DNA of 64,000 nucleotides, from the NCBI GenBank assembly GCA_963422645.2, contig CAXXVO010000004.1, positions 448,001 to 512,000 of the forward strand, written 5' to 3'. A program made the position numbers and the translations under genes. How positions within the stretch are numbered: the first letter of the stretch is position 1; each line of letters begins with the position of its first letter. Below the pieces are notes generated by a model. The model saw only the letters and a list, made by a program, of their open reading frames with translations, was not told the origin of the DNA and made no database searches. The DNA comes from Alphaproteobacteria bacterium. Its GTDB lineage: Bacteria > Pseudomonadota > Alphaproteobacteria > UBA828. Shown in pieces: positions 19,562 to 30,039 of the stretch.

Positions 19562-20280
19562 CGCGGTGCGGAGGCCGCACGGCCGCTCGCGGGGCGTTCG
19601 CGCATGTGGCCGGAGAGGCGGTGCTCGATGAAGCGCGAGAGTAGGATAAAGAAGTAGCTCATCGCCAGGTACATCAGCCCCGCCGTGATGTAGAGCTTAT
19701 AGGGCTCGAAGCTGCGGGCGACGATGATGCGGGCGACCCCGGTGAGGTCCAGCAGCGTGATGATCGAGACCAGCGAGGTCGCCTGGAGCAGGAACACGAC
19801 CTCGTTGGTGTAGGCCGGCAGCGCAATGCGGAAGGCCTTGGGCAGCACGATGCGGCGGTAGAGCAGGGTGCCCGACATGCCAACCGCCCGCGCCGCCTCG
19901 ATATCGCCACGCGGTACGCCCTGGATCGCGCCACGCAGAATCTCGGCGGTATAGGCGGCGGTGTTGAGGGTGAGCGTGAGCAGGGCGCAGAAGTAGGCCT
20001 CGCGGAACAGCACCCAGAGCCCGATCGAATCGAGGAAGGGCCGGAACTGACCCGAGCCGTAATAGATCAGGAAGAGCTGCACCAGGAGCGGGGTGCCGCG
20101 GAAATAGAGGATGTAAGCGTAGACCGGCATCCACAGCAGCGGGTTGGGCGAAAGCCGCATGATCGCGAGCGGCACCGCGAGCGTGAGGCCGATGATCACG
20201 CTGATGACGGTGATCTCCAGGGTGAGAGCCGCGCCGTCCAGCAGACGGGGCAGGCTCTCCCAGATGATCGCGAGGTCCAT
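19558..20280 (-). CDS. Polar amino acid ABC transporter permease (HisM/OccM-like)
   Basis: FRGTPLLVQLFLIYYG, AAYTAEILRGAI, EAA loop. Confidence 0.92.
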   Translation of the reverse strand: MDLAIIWESLPRLLDGAALTLEITVISVIIGLTLAVPLAIMRLSPNPLLWMPVYAYILYFRGTPLLVQLFLIYYGSGQFRPFLDSIGLWVLFREAYFCALLTLTLNTAAYTAEILRGAIQGVPRGDIEAARAVGMSGTLLYRRIVLPKAFRIALPAYTNEVVFLLQATSLVSIITLLDLTGVARIIVARSFEPYKLYITAGLMYLAMSYFFILLSRFIEHRLSGHMRERPASGRAASAPR

Positions 20281-20291
20281 CGCCGACCGCC

Positions 20292-20981
20292 TCAGGCTCG
20301 CCGCACGCCGCGGTTGGCCCACACCTCGGCGCGCCGCTGCACCACCATCGAGACGATGGTGATGCCGAGGTAGAAGAGCGAGGCCACGAAGAAGAAGGTG
20401 AAGGGCAGCTTGGTGGCGCGGGCTGCGATGTCGGCGTTGCGCATGAGCTCTTCGAGCTGGATCACCGAGATCAGCGCCGTGGCCTTGATCAGCACCATCC
20501 AGACGTTGCCGAGGCCGGGGAGCGCGAAGCGCCACATCTGCGGCATCACGATGCGGCGGAAGGTGAGCGCGCGGCCCATGCCGTGAGCCCGCGCCGCTTC
20601 GATCTGGCCGCGCGGCACGGCGAGGAAGGCGCCGCGAAGGACCTCGGTCGTGAAGGCGCCGTAGATGAAGCCGATGGTGATGACGCCGGCGATGAAGGGG
20701 TTGATGTCGATGATGATGTCGTGGCCGGCGCCTTCCGCGATGTCCTGAATCAGCGTCGGCACGCCGTAGTAGACCAGCAGGATCAGCAGCAGCTCCGGCA
20801 CGCCGCGGATGACGGTGGTGTAGGTGCCGGCGGCCCAGCGGCCGGCGCGCCCGCGCGAGAGCTTGCCCCAAGCGCCGAGCAGGCCGAGAGCGAGCGCCAG
20901 CACCATGGCCCCGAGCCCGACCAGGATGGTGAGCTCGAGGCCCTGCCACAGCATCCAGCCATAGCCCTTGAGATCGAGCAT
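20292..20981 (-). CDS. Polar amino acid ABC transporter permease (HisQ/OccQ-like)
   Basis: IRGVPELL, GQIEAARAHG, PGLGNVW. Confidence 0.92.
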   Translation of the reverse strand: MLDLKGYGWMLWQGLELTILVGLGAMVLALALGLLGAWGKLSRGRAGRWAAGTYTTVIRGVPELLLILLVYYGVPTLIQDIAEGAGHDIIIDINPFIAGVITIGFIYGAFTTEVLRGAFLAVPRGQIEAARAHGMGRALTFRRIVMPQMWRFALPGLGNVWMVLIKATALISVIQLEELMRNADIAARATKLPFTFFFVASLFYLGITIVSMVVQRRAEVWANRGVRRA

Positions 20982-21051
20982 CGGCCCGACCCGCTAGCTC
21001 AATGGGGAGCGGGCGGCCGGGAACAGCCGCCCGCCCATGCGTCTTTGGCGT

Positions 21052-21828
21052 TCAGTCGCCGTAGACGTCGAAATCGAAATACTTGTCGTTGATCGCCTTG
21101 TAGGTGCCGTCGGCGCGGATGGCCGCGATGGCGCCGTTGAGTGCGTCGAGAAGCTCGGTCTCGCCCTTGCGGACGGCGATTCCGGCGCCGTCGCCGAACC
21201 AGCGCGGATCGGTGAAATCGGGACCGACGAATTCGGCGCTCTCGCCCTCCGGCGTGTCGAGGAAGCCCCCCTGCAGGGCCATCGAATCCGCCAGCAGCAG
21301 GTCAACGCGGCCTGCGACAAAGTCGAGGTTGGCCTCGTCCTGGGTGGCGTATGCCTTGATGGTGACGATGTCGCCGTAGTTGTCGCGCAGGAAATTCTCG
21401 TGGATGGTCGCGCGCTGCACGCCGACGGCCTTGCCCTCCAGGCCCTCGTCCGTGATCTCGATGCCCGAGCCCTTCATGCGGACGAACTTGGCCGGCGTGG
21501 TGTAGTACTTGCCCGTGAAGTCGACCTTCTTCCTGCGCTCCTCGGTGATCGACATCGAGGCGACGATGGCGTCGTACTTCTTGGCCAGCAGGCCGGGGAT
21601 GATGCCGTCCCAGTCCTGAACCGCCCAGGTGCACTCCAGGTTGGCAGCAGCGCAGAGCGCGTTGCCGATCTCGACGTCGAAGCCCTGGAGATCGCCGTTC
21701 TCGTCGATCCAGTTGAAGGGCGGGTAGGCGCCTTCTGTGCCGAACGTGACCTTCTTCATGTCGGCCGCCGCCGTGCCGGCCGCGAGCGCGAGCGCCGCGA
21801 ACACACCTAAGAATGTGAGTTTCTTCAT
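21052..21828 (-). CDS. Basic amino acid ABC transporter substrate-binding protein
   Basis: Signal peptide; GTEGAYPPFN, WDGIIPGL, SMSITEER. Confidence 0.93.
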   Translation of the reverse strand: MKKLTFLGVFAALALAAGTAAADMKKVTFGTEGAYPPFNWIDENGDLQGFDVEIGNALCAAANLECTWAVQDWDGIIPGLLAKKYDAIVASMSITEERRKKVDFTGKYYTTPAKFVRMKGSGIEITDEGLEGKAVGVQRATIHENFLRDNYGDIVTIKAYATQDEANLDFVAGRVDLLLADSMALQGGFLDTPEGESAEFVGPDFTDPRWFGDGAGIAVRKGETELLDALNGAIAAIRADGTYKAINDKYFDFDVYGD

Positions 21829-21869
21829 CTTTCCGTTCTCCCTCGTTGGTGGTGGGTGGTTTGCATGGG

Positions 21870-22694
21870 CTAGGCGTCGCCGCGCTCGCCCGAGAGGAAT
21901 CGCCTGAGCGTCGGCGATTGTGGATCGTCGAGCAGCGCCTTTGACGCGCCTTCCTCCTCGATCTGACCCTCGTGCAGGAACACGGTCCGCGACGAGACAT
22001 CGCGGGCGAAGCCGATCTCGTGGGTTACGATCAGCATGGTCCGCCCTTCTTCGGCGAGATCGCGGATGACCTTCAGCACCTCGCCGACAAGCTCCGGGTC
22101 GAGCGCCGAGGTGGGCTCGTCGAAGAGCATGACGTCGGGCTCCATGGCGAGCGCGCGGGCGATCGCGGCGCGCTGCTCCTGCCCGCCCGAGAGGTGGGCG
22201 GGGAAGTAGTCGTGCTTGTCCGCGAGGCCGACCTTGTCGAGGAGTGCGTGGGCGCGGTCGACCGCCTCGCGCCGGGGCAGCTTGAGCACGTGGATGGGCG
22301 CCTCGACGACGTTCTGCACCACGGTGAGGTGAGACCACAGGTTGAACTGCTGGAACACCATGCCGAGGCGGGCGCGGATGCGATCGACCTGGCGACGGTC
22401 CGCCGGCAGCGCTTGGCTGCGCCGGTCGCGCTTCATGCGGATCAGCTCGCCGCCAACGTGGACCTCGCCGGCGTCGGGGACCTCCAGCAGGTTGATGCAG
22501 CGGAGCAGCGTGCTCTTGCCGGAGCCGCTCGCGCCCAGGATGGCGATGACGTCGTGCTCGTAGGCGGTCAGCGAGACGCCCTTGAGCACCTCCAGGTCGC
22601 CGAAGCTCTTGTAGAGGTCTTCGACGCGGAGCGCGGCGCCGGGTTCTGCCCGCGGCTCGTCGTGTGGGCTTGCGACTTCAAGCGCCTGCGCCAC
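21870..22694 (-). CDS. Polar amino acid ABC transporter ATP-binding protein (HisP-like)
   Basis: GASGSGKS, LSGGQEQR, FDEPTSALDPE. Confidence 0.93.
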   Translation of the reverse strand: MAQALEVASPHDEPRAEPGAALRVEDLYKSFGDLEVLKGVSLTAYEHDVIAILGASGSGKSTLLRCINLLEVPDAGEVHVGGELIRMKRDRRSQALPADRRQVDRIRARLGMVFQQFNLWSHLTVVQNVVEAPIHVLKLPRREAVDRAHALLDKVGLADKHDYFPAHLSGGQEQRAAIARALAMEPDVMLFDEPTSALDPELVGEVLKVIRDLAEEGRTMLIVTHEIGFARDVSSRTVFLHEGQIEEEGASKALLDDPQSPTLRRFLSGERGDA

Positions 22695-22713
22695 CCGACC
22701 GGCCCGTTCGCAA

Positions 22714-24090
22714 CTACGAGGTGTAGGTGCGGCGCTTGACCAGCTTGCCGCGGCCGGGCTCCGCGTTGACCTTGCCGTTCTCCACGATGATGTCGCCGCG
22801 GGAGATCGTCATGGTCGGCCAGCCGGTGACCTCGAAGCCCTCATGCAGCTCCCAGTCCTGCTTGGAGTGCATGTCGCTCTGGCGAATGGTGACGGGCTTC
22901 TCCGGGTCGAACACCATGACGTCGGCGTCGGAGCCGACGGCGATGGTCCCCTTCTGCGGATACATGCCCATGAGCTTGGCCGGTTTGGTCGAGCTCACAT
23001 CGACGAAGCGATGGGGCGAGAGCCGGCCCTGGCGCACGCCCTCGGAATAGAGCATGGGCAGCACCGTCTCCAGGTTCGACATGCCGGGCAGAAGCTCGTC
23101 CACGGTCACGCTCGCCTTCTTCTGCTTCATATTCCAGCCGACATGGTCGGTGGCGACGGTCTGGAGCACGTTGCTGTCCAGCGCCTGCCACATCACCTCC
23201 ATCTGGTCGGCCTCGCGCAGCGGCGGCCAGCCGACATAGCGCTCAGGGTCCACCTCCTCGTTGAAGCGCTCGCGCGAGAGGTGGAGGTAAATCGGCCGGG
23301 TCTCGCCGTAGCAGGTCTGGCCACGGCCGCGCGCGTCGTTCAGCGCGTCCAGCCCCTCCTGGCACGAGAGGTGGACGAGGTAGGCCGGAACGTCGGCCAT
23401 GTGGGCCATCCAGAGCGCGCGGCGGGCGGCAAGCCCTTCCGAGATGCGCGGCCTGGAATCGGGGAAGGTGCGGACGTTGGAGTTGTTCTCCTCCTCCAGC
23501 TTCTGGGTCATGTAGGAGATGCAGCACTGGTCTTCGCAATGAATGTTGACCATCGCGCCGAGCTTGCCGGCCTCCTCCATGCAGCGCAGGTACTGGGGCG
23601 CGTACTTGTCGAACTCGGAGAAGCCGATCATGAAGATCTTGAAGCTGGTGTAGCCGTCGGCGACGCAGTCCCGCATCTCGGAGAGCGTGTGCTCGCCGGG
23701 CTGGAAGATCGTCGGGTGCAGGCCGTAGTCGATCACCGACTTGTCGCCGCGCTGGTTCCAGCGGACGAGGCAGTCCTGGAGAGACTGGCCGGGCTCCGGG
23801 AAGGCGTAGTCGCAGATCGTCGTGATGCCGCCGCAGGCGGCGGCCAACGTGGACGAGTGGAAGTCGTCGGCAGTCTCCTGCCCCATCAGCTCGAACTCGA
23901 CGTGGGTATGCACGTCGACGCCGCCGGGGAACAGAATCTTGCCGCTGCAATCGACCGTGCGGCCTGCCGGCCCGAGGCCGTGGCCGATCTGCTTGATGAC
24001 GCCGTCCTCGATTCCGACATCGGCGTCGTAGCTCTCGTGGGCGGTCACGATCTTGCCGTTCGCCAGAACTAGATCCATCGTCGCCTCCAT
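22714..24090 (-). CDS. hydA: Dihydropyrimidinase / D-hydantoinase (cyclic amidohydrolase)
   Basis: PGGVDVHTH, SFKIFM, IHCED, VHLS, ATDH, GSDAD. Confidence 0.85.
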   Translation of the reverse strand: MEATMDLVLANGKIVTAHESYDADVGIEDGVIKQIGHGLGPAGRTVDCSGKILFPGGVDVHTHVEFELMGQETADDFHSSTLAAACGGITTICDYAFPEPGQSLQDCLVRWNQRGDKSVIDYGLHPTIFQPGEHTLSEMRDCVADGYTSFKIFMIGFSEFDKYAPQYLRCMEEAGKLGAMVNIHCEDQCCISYMTQKLEEENNSNVRTFPDSRPRISEGLAARRALWMAHMADVPAYLVHLSCQEGLDALNDARGRGQTCYGETRPIYLHLSRERFNEEVDPERYVGWPPLREADQMEVMWQALDSNVLQTVATDHVGWNMKQKKASVTVDELLPGMSNLETVLPMLYSEGVRQGRLSPHRFVDVSSTKPAKLMGMYPQKGTIAVGSDADVMVFDPEKPVTIRQSDMHSKQDWELHEGFEVTGWPTMTISRGDIIVENGKVNAEPGRGKLVKRRTYTS

Positions 24091-25003
24091 TCCCTGTCGT
24101 GATCGTTATTTCTTAACCTCGAAGTATGGGCGCGATCATGCCGGAGGGTCCAGCGTCTCGTTGGTGTGGTTGCATTTCCTTCACCAGGGCAAAGGCCATC
24201 GGTAGACACGCAATCGTCGCAGCGCGCCCTGGCATCGGGGTGCTCCTGTTCGTGGCTGTTGGCTGAGCGCGGGGAGTGCCCCTTTCCCCACTGACACATA
24301 ATCCCGTGCGTCGCCCGGGGAGCGCTGCTGCTTGACGGTGGCTAGGGGCACCCATACGATACTCACGACATTTCTAGGCGGCATGCCGTGAGCCACCCTG
24401 TTCTCTGCATTTGGATCGAGGGTGGAAGCGGCAGGTCTATGAAGACCGCCAGGGAGAAAGAGGTGGGACCACTCCGTTCAGTTTTGCTTGTCCAACCCAC
24501 CTTTGCGGCCGCGCTGAAAGGCGGCCAGAGATCGTCCATCAATCACACAAACGACAAGCGTAGATCGCCCTTTGTGCTTGCACAAATCTTGGGGAGGAGG
24601 GAGCTATGAGACGTCGAGATTTCTTGAAGAAATCCGGTATCGCACTCGGTGCGGCTGGAGTGACTACGTTCCCGCATGTCTGGGTGAAGGACTATCAATT
24701 TGCCTGGGCCGACGATGACGAGATCGAAGTCGGCGTTCTTTACTCGCTGACGGGTACGACAGCGATCGTCGAGAAGCAGTTGAGTAAAGTCACCGAGATG
24801 GCCATCGATCAGATCAATGCGAACGGTGGCGTACTCGGCAAACAGGTAGTGCCGATCATCGAAGATCCGGCCTCCGACCCGCGCACCTTCAACGAGAAGG
24901 CCAACAAGCTCGTTGTGCGGGACCGGGTGCCGTCCGTCTTCGGCTCCTATACGTCGGCGAGCCGGAAGGCAGTGTTGCCGGTATTCGAGAAGCGCAAGAA
25001 CCT

Positions 25004-27515
25004 CAGACTTCCTGACCTCGTGATGCTGGCTGTTCTGGGCAGCGTGCCGGGAACTCCTTGAATTCTGATACATTTCGGTTGTTTCAGGCGGTTTTTCGCT
25101 GGGTGTCGCGCCCGAGGTCTGATAGTATAATTTGATACCAATTGCACGGTCTCAACCATGCCCAGTACCCTCCCAATGTGCCCTCCAGAGGCGGTCTCGA
25201 TCGGCAACAGCTGCTTCGCCGTCCTGATCTCGGACGACACCTTCACCTACTTTTCCAACCTCATTCCCTTTGACAGCCACGCCGCCGATGACCGCACGGC
25301 CATGCTCTTGCGGATCGGCCGCCTCGCGGCGATCAGCGCGGTCTCGCCGCAGGAACTGGCTGACGCTTTCGCTGTCTCGCGCGCGACGGTGCAGCGCGCA
25401 CGACGGCGCTACCTGGCCGAGGGCGAAGCGGGGTTCATGAAGCCCCGGCGCGGTCGCGGGCCGTCGGTGTTCACTCCGGAGTTGGCGGAGAAGGCGACGG
25501 CGTTGCTGGCATCGGGCCTGAGCGGCTCTGCGGCGGCCCGGGTTCTCGGCGTGTCAGCGCCATCGGTCAACAAGTGGCGCCGTCAGGGACTGATCGGCAA
25601 CACGGAGGCGGATGGGGAGCCCGGACGCTCAGCGCTGGCTGCGCCGCCTGACGCGGGTGCGGCTCCTGAAGGCCGTGTCGATGAAGAGAGTACCGGTGCC
25701 CCGGGGCCGGAGACGGCGCCGGGGCTGGAAGCGCAGCCGCAAACGGATCGCAGCGCGCGCGATCGGCGGGACCGGCAGGCGCCGATGGGGCGTGCGACTT
25801 GCGATGTTCCGGCTCGGGTTCTGGCCAGTTGTGGACAGGCGGGGCCGGTCGAACCGCAGTTCGCCGCCGCCGCCCGCGGTGTCCGCTTCGGCGGCGTGCT
25901 CGCCGCCCTGCCGGCCCTGCTGAAGGAAGGTCTTCTCTCCGAGACCGGTCTCCTGCCATTGCTGCCGAAGGGCTATTACGGCTTGCCTACGATCCTGCTC
26001 TTCCTGGCCTTCATGACCTTGGCGCGGGTGCGCAACCCCGAGAGCCTGCGCTACCAGGCGCCGGGCGAATGGGGCGCCATTCTCGGCCTCGATCGCTGCC
26101 CCGAGGTCAAGACGCTGCGCCGCAAGATCGCTCTCATCGCCGACGACGAGGCCGGCGTGCGGGCGTGGCAGCTCGCCCTTGCCAGGCGCTGGCAAGGCCG
26201 ACGAGCCGGAGCTCTGGGCGACGCTGGCCATCGACGGGCACGTCAAGGTCTACTCCGGCCGCAAGGGGCGCTTGCCCAAGCACTTCGTCTCGCGCGAGAA
26301 GCTGTGCCTGCCGGCGAGCGCCAGCTACTGGATCAACGCTCTGGGCGGCAAGCCGCTGCTCTGTCTGCACAAGCCGCTGGACCCGAAGATGGTCGCGGCC
26401 ATCGAAGCCGACGTGGTGCCGGCGCTGCAGGAGCTTGGGATCGTTGGCGCCGGGGCGCCGGACCTGACCGCCGAGCATCCCGGCCAGCCGGCGCTCACCC
26501 TGGTCTTCGACCGCGAGGGCTGGAGCCCGGATCTGTTCCGCCGGCTGGCGAGGCGCGGCGTCGCCTGCCTGACCTGGCACAAGAACTTCAGGGGCGAGGA
26601 CTGGCCGGCCGAGGACTTCGGCGCGATGACCGTTCCCATTCACGGACCGGCGGCGGACGGCAGCGCCACCATGCGGCTGGCTGAGAAGCCGGTGACGTTG
26701 CCGAACGGCTTCAGGGTGCGCCAGATCCGCCGCCTGCTCGACAACGGCCGTCAGGTGCCGCTGATCACCACCGATCCGCACAAGCCGATGGCTGAGGTTG
26801 CGGGCGCCATGTTCTCGCGCTGGTCGCAGGAGAACTTCTTCAAGTACATGCGTGACGAGTTCAATCTCGACGCCCTGCCGACCCACGAGCTCGAGCCTCT
26901 CGATCCCGCCGCCATGGTCGTCAACCCGCTGCGGCGGGCCTATGACAAGGCAATCCATCGCCTCGACCGCCAGCTTGGCCGCCTGCGCAACCGCATCGCC
27001 GACACGGCCCGGAAGAAGCAGCCGACGGCGGAACTCAGGAGGGAAGTCAGGGACCTCCAGGATGTCCGCGACATCGTCAGGGCCAGCCGCAGGGAGACGC
27101 CCAAGCACTGCCGGGCCGGCGACCTCGACGAAGCCGAGCAGCTCGATGCCTTGCCCGCGCGCGAGCGCCTCCTCCTCGACGTCATCCGGATGATCGCCTA
27201 CCGCGCCGAAACCCGCATGATGCTTCCCGTCATGCAGGCGCAGGGCCACAAGCCCCATCCCCGGAAACTGCTTCAAGCGCTGCTCACCGCCGATGCCGAC
27301 ATCCTGCCGGATCCTGGCAATGGCCTCCTGCGGGTCCACATTCTTGGCCTCGCAAACGACGCCTGCGACCGTTGGATCGATGCGGTTCTGAGCGACCTGA
27401 ACGCCACCGAAACGGTCTTCCCCGGCACCCGTCTGCGCATAGTCTACGACATCGACGGGGCCTCGGAATCCGCGCGGCTCGTGTCACCTAAAATCAGCAG
27501 AGGTCAGGAAGTCTG
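25004..27515 (+). mobile_element. Unclassified IS (ISNCY-like), copy 1, 2512 bp
   Basis: Perfect 16-bp IR CAGACTTCCTGACCTC; 5-bp TSD AACCT at 24999-25003 and 27516-27520. Confidence 0.93.
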
Positions 27516-27516
27516 A
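25158..27516 (+). CDS. Putative transposase (N-terminal HTH, IDGH...FDREG...RWSQENFFK), frameshifted at ~26195
   Basis: ORFs 25158-26684 and 26179-27516 join at RRWQ/ADEPEL; DDE-like motifs lie in the second frame. Confidence 0.8.
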
Positions 27517-28409
27517 ACCTGTACTGGTATCCCACGTTCTACGAAGGGTTCGAGTGCTCGAAGAACGTCATATACACGGGCGCTGTTCCCAATCAGCAGC
27601 AAGAAAACTTCGTTCCGTGGATCACGAACCAGGGCTACAACAAGTTCTTCATTGTCGGGTCGAACTACATCTACCCGCGTGAGATGGCCAAGGTTTGCAA
27701 GATCCTGGTGGAGAGAGAGGGCGGCTCCTGGGTGGCTGACGAGTACCTGGAACTCGGTCACACAGAATGGGGTTCGATGGTCAACAAGATGAAGACCATG
27801 TGGGAAGCCGGCGAGTGCGACTGCGTCTACTCCAACGTGGTCGGCGATTCGATCGTCGCCTTTAGGCGTGAGTTCATCAACCAGGGCCTGAGCTACGACA
27901 AATTCCCCATCTTTGCCACCGTGTGCTCTGAAATCGAAGTGCAGGCGATGGGTGCCGATTATGCTGCGGGCAGTGTCACGTCCTTCCCCTATTTCCAGTC
28001 GGTGAGCAACCCGGTGAACGAGAAGTTTGTGGAAGACGTGAAGGGGGCGATGGGTGCCGATACCGTCACCTATCACGCCATGGAATGCGCCTATTTCCAG
28101 GTATTCCTGTGGGCGCAATCGGTGGAGAAGGCAGGCGAGGTCGATCCTCTTTCGGTTCGCGAAGCCTCCAAGGGACAAGAGGTCGATGCACCGGAAGGGC
28201 GCGTGAGAATCGAGCCCGAGAACCTGCATTGCTGGCTGACGCCGCGCATCGGCGTGTGGGGCTCGGACGGGCAGGCCGAGATCGTCGACGAGTACGCGGA
28301 GCCGCTGATACCGCTCCCCTACTCGGCGTACGGCGAGGCGCCCGACAATCTCTTCTGCACGCAAGCGGGCCTGGATTCCAGCAAGCTCAAGACCTGAGCG
28401 CTGACGCTA

Positions 28410-28440
28410 AGGGGGTCGGCGTCTCGACGCCGGCCCCCCT
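28410..28440 (+). terminator. Strong intergenic hairpin after urtA (terminator or mRNA stabiliser)
   Basis: GGGGGTCGGCGTC-TC-GACGCCGGCCCCC; no U-tract. Confidence 0.5.
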
Positions 28441-28690
28441 CAGCCTGGAGTCACGCATCGTCGGAACCGAAACGGCTCACATAGAATGGCCGACGTATTC
28501 TTCATCGGACTGAGTCTTTCGTCCATTTGCCGTGAAACAGATTCTGGCGAGGGACGCGCGGTGACGCTCCAACCCCGAGGTCACGGCGTTGGCTGAGACC
28601 GCCAGGGTCGGCGCGGCGGAGACGAGCGGTGGACTTCCCCGATGTGGTCCGAAGCGGTCCCGCGTAGCCGGCTGACGAGATGCGGGCCGC

Positions 28691-29941
28691 TCAGGCGGCC
28701 TTGAGTTCCGCGCCTACGGGCTCGATGTAGCCGTAGCGGCGGAGCATGCGGATCCACCGAGGAGCGTTGCGCTTGACCATCAGAGCGTCGTAGTCGGCCG
28801 TGCGGTCGTAGTAGGGCCTGCCGGTCTTGAGCACCACATAGATGATGCGCAGCATCTTGTGAGCGCCGGCGACGATGGCGCGCTTGTAGCCGCGCCGGGC
28901 GGCGAGGGCGCGGTGATGAGCCTCGAACTGGCACCCCTTGGTTCGGGCCGCGCCGTGGGCACACTCGACGAGGCAGGCGCGCAGGGTCTTGGAGCCCATG
29001 CGGGTGCGTGCGTTGCGGCGCTTGCCCCCGCTCTCGTTGTTGCCGGGGCAGAGCCCGGCCCAGGCGGCGAAGTGCTCCTTGGAGGCGAACACGCCGATGT
29101 CGGGGCCGATCTCGATGAGGATGGTCGAGGCGGCGGTGCGGTCGATGCCGGGGATGGTGGTCAGCAGACGGAGCTGCTCCTCCCACGGTGTCATCTGCCC
29201 GTCGATCTTCCTGGTGTAGGACGCGATGCGCGCCTCAAGCGCGTCATGCTCCTCCAGCAGGTCGTTGAGCATGAAGCGGTCGTTGTCGCCCAGGCTCAGG
29301 GTGAGCGCCTCGCCGAGCCCCTCCAGCTTGTTCGCAACGTGGCTGGTGAGCGAGGCGAGGATGACCTCGCGCGCCGTCCCCTGCGCCAGGCCGTCGAGGA
29401 TCTTCCGGCCGTTGACGCCGAAGACGTCGGAGAGGATGCCGCCGATGCGCGCACCGGCGCGGTCGATGATCTTCTGCACGCGGTTGCGCACGGCGGAGCG
29501 CTGCCTGACCAGGACGCGGCGCTGGCGGCTCAGTGCGCGCAGCTCCCGGAACGGCTCAGGCGGAACGTGGGAAGGCGTGCAGAGCCCGAACTGGCACACG
29601 CAGGCCAGCCACACGCTGTCCGCCACGTCGGTCTTGCGCCCCTTCAACTGCTTCACCTGACGCGCATGCACCAGGATCGCCTCGAGCCCGGCCGCCTCCA
29701 GGGCCGCGAAGGGCGCCTGCCAGTAGACCCCGGTCCCTTCCATCACCGCAGCCTCGACGCCGTGACCGGTCAGCCACGCGACCATCTCCTCCAGACCGCT
29801 CGGCAGCGTGCCGAAGCAGCGCGTCTCCACCACCGGCTCACCCTCGCCCTCACAGAGGCGAACCGTCGCGGTGATCTCCATCTTGTGCACGTCCAGACCC
29901 GCCGCGCGCGGCCGGACGACGTGCAAGCCTTCCGTCTTCAT
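28691..29941 (-). CDS. IS110 family recombinase (DEDD RuvC + Tnp domain)
   Basis: GLDVHK, MEGTG, KTDVAD (DEDD) and NESGGK (catalytic Ser); GAGGAGG RBS before ATG 29941. Confidence 0.95.
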   Translation of the reverse strand: MKTEGLHVVRPRAAGLDVHKMEITATVRLCEGEGEPVVETRCFGTLPSGLEEMVAWLTGHGVEAAVMEGTGVYWQAPFAALEAAGLEAILVHARQVKQLKGRKTDVADSVWLACVCQFGLCTPSHVPPEPFRELRALSRQRRVLVRQRSAVRNRVQKIIDRAGARIGGILSDVFGVNGRKILDGLAQGTAREVILASLTSHVANKLEGLGEALTLSLGDNDRFMLNDLLEEHDALEARIASYTRKIDGQMTPWEEQLRLLTTIPGIDRTAASTILIEIGPDIGVFASKEHFAAWAGLCPGNNESGGKRRNARTRMGSKTLRACLVECAHGAARTKGCQFEAHHRALAARRGYKRAIVAGAHKMLRIIYVVLKTGRPYYDRTADYDALMVKRNAPRWIRMLRRYGYIEPVGAELKAA

Positions 29942-30039
29942 CGCCTTCCTCCTCATTTGCGCTCTCGCCACGGCGGCGTACGATCACGCCGTGGCATCGC
30001 CACGGTGGAGGCGGGGACAGCGGTCGGAAGAACACGCAT

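Larger units (their letters stand above)
24606..28397 (+). pseudogene. urtA: Urea/short-chain amide ABC substrate-binding protein, interrupted by an IS (fragments 24606-25003 and 27516-28397)
   Basis: Tat signal RRDFLK; [14 protein letters not shown]. Removing the IS plus one TSD restores KRKNLYWYPTFYEG. Confidence 0.9.
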
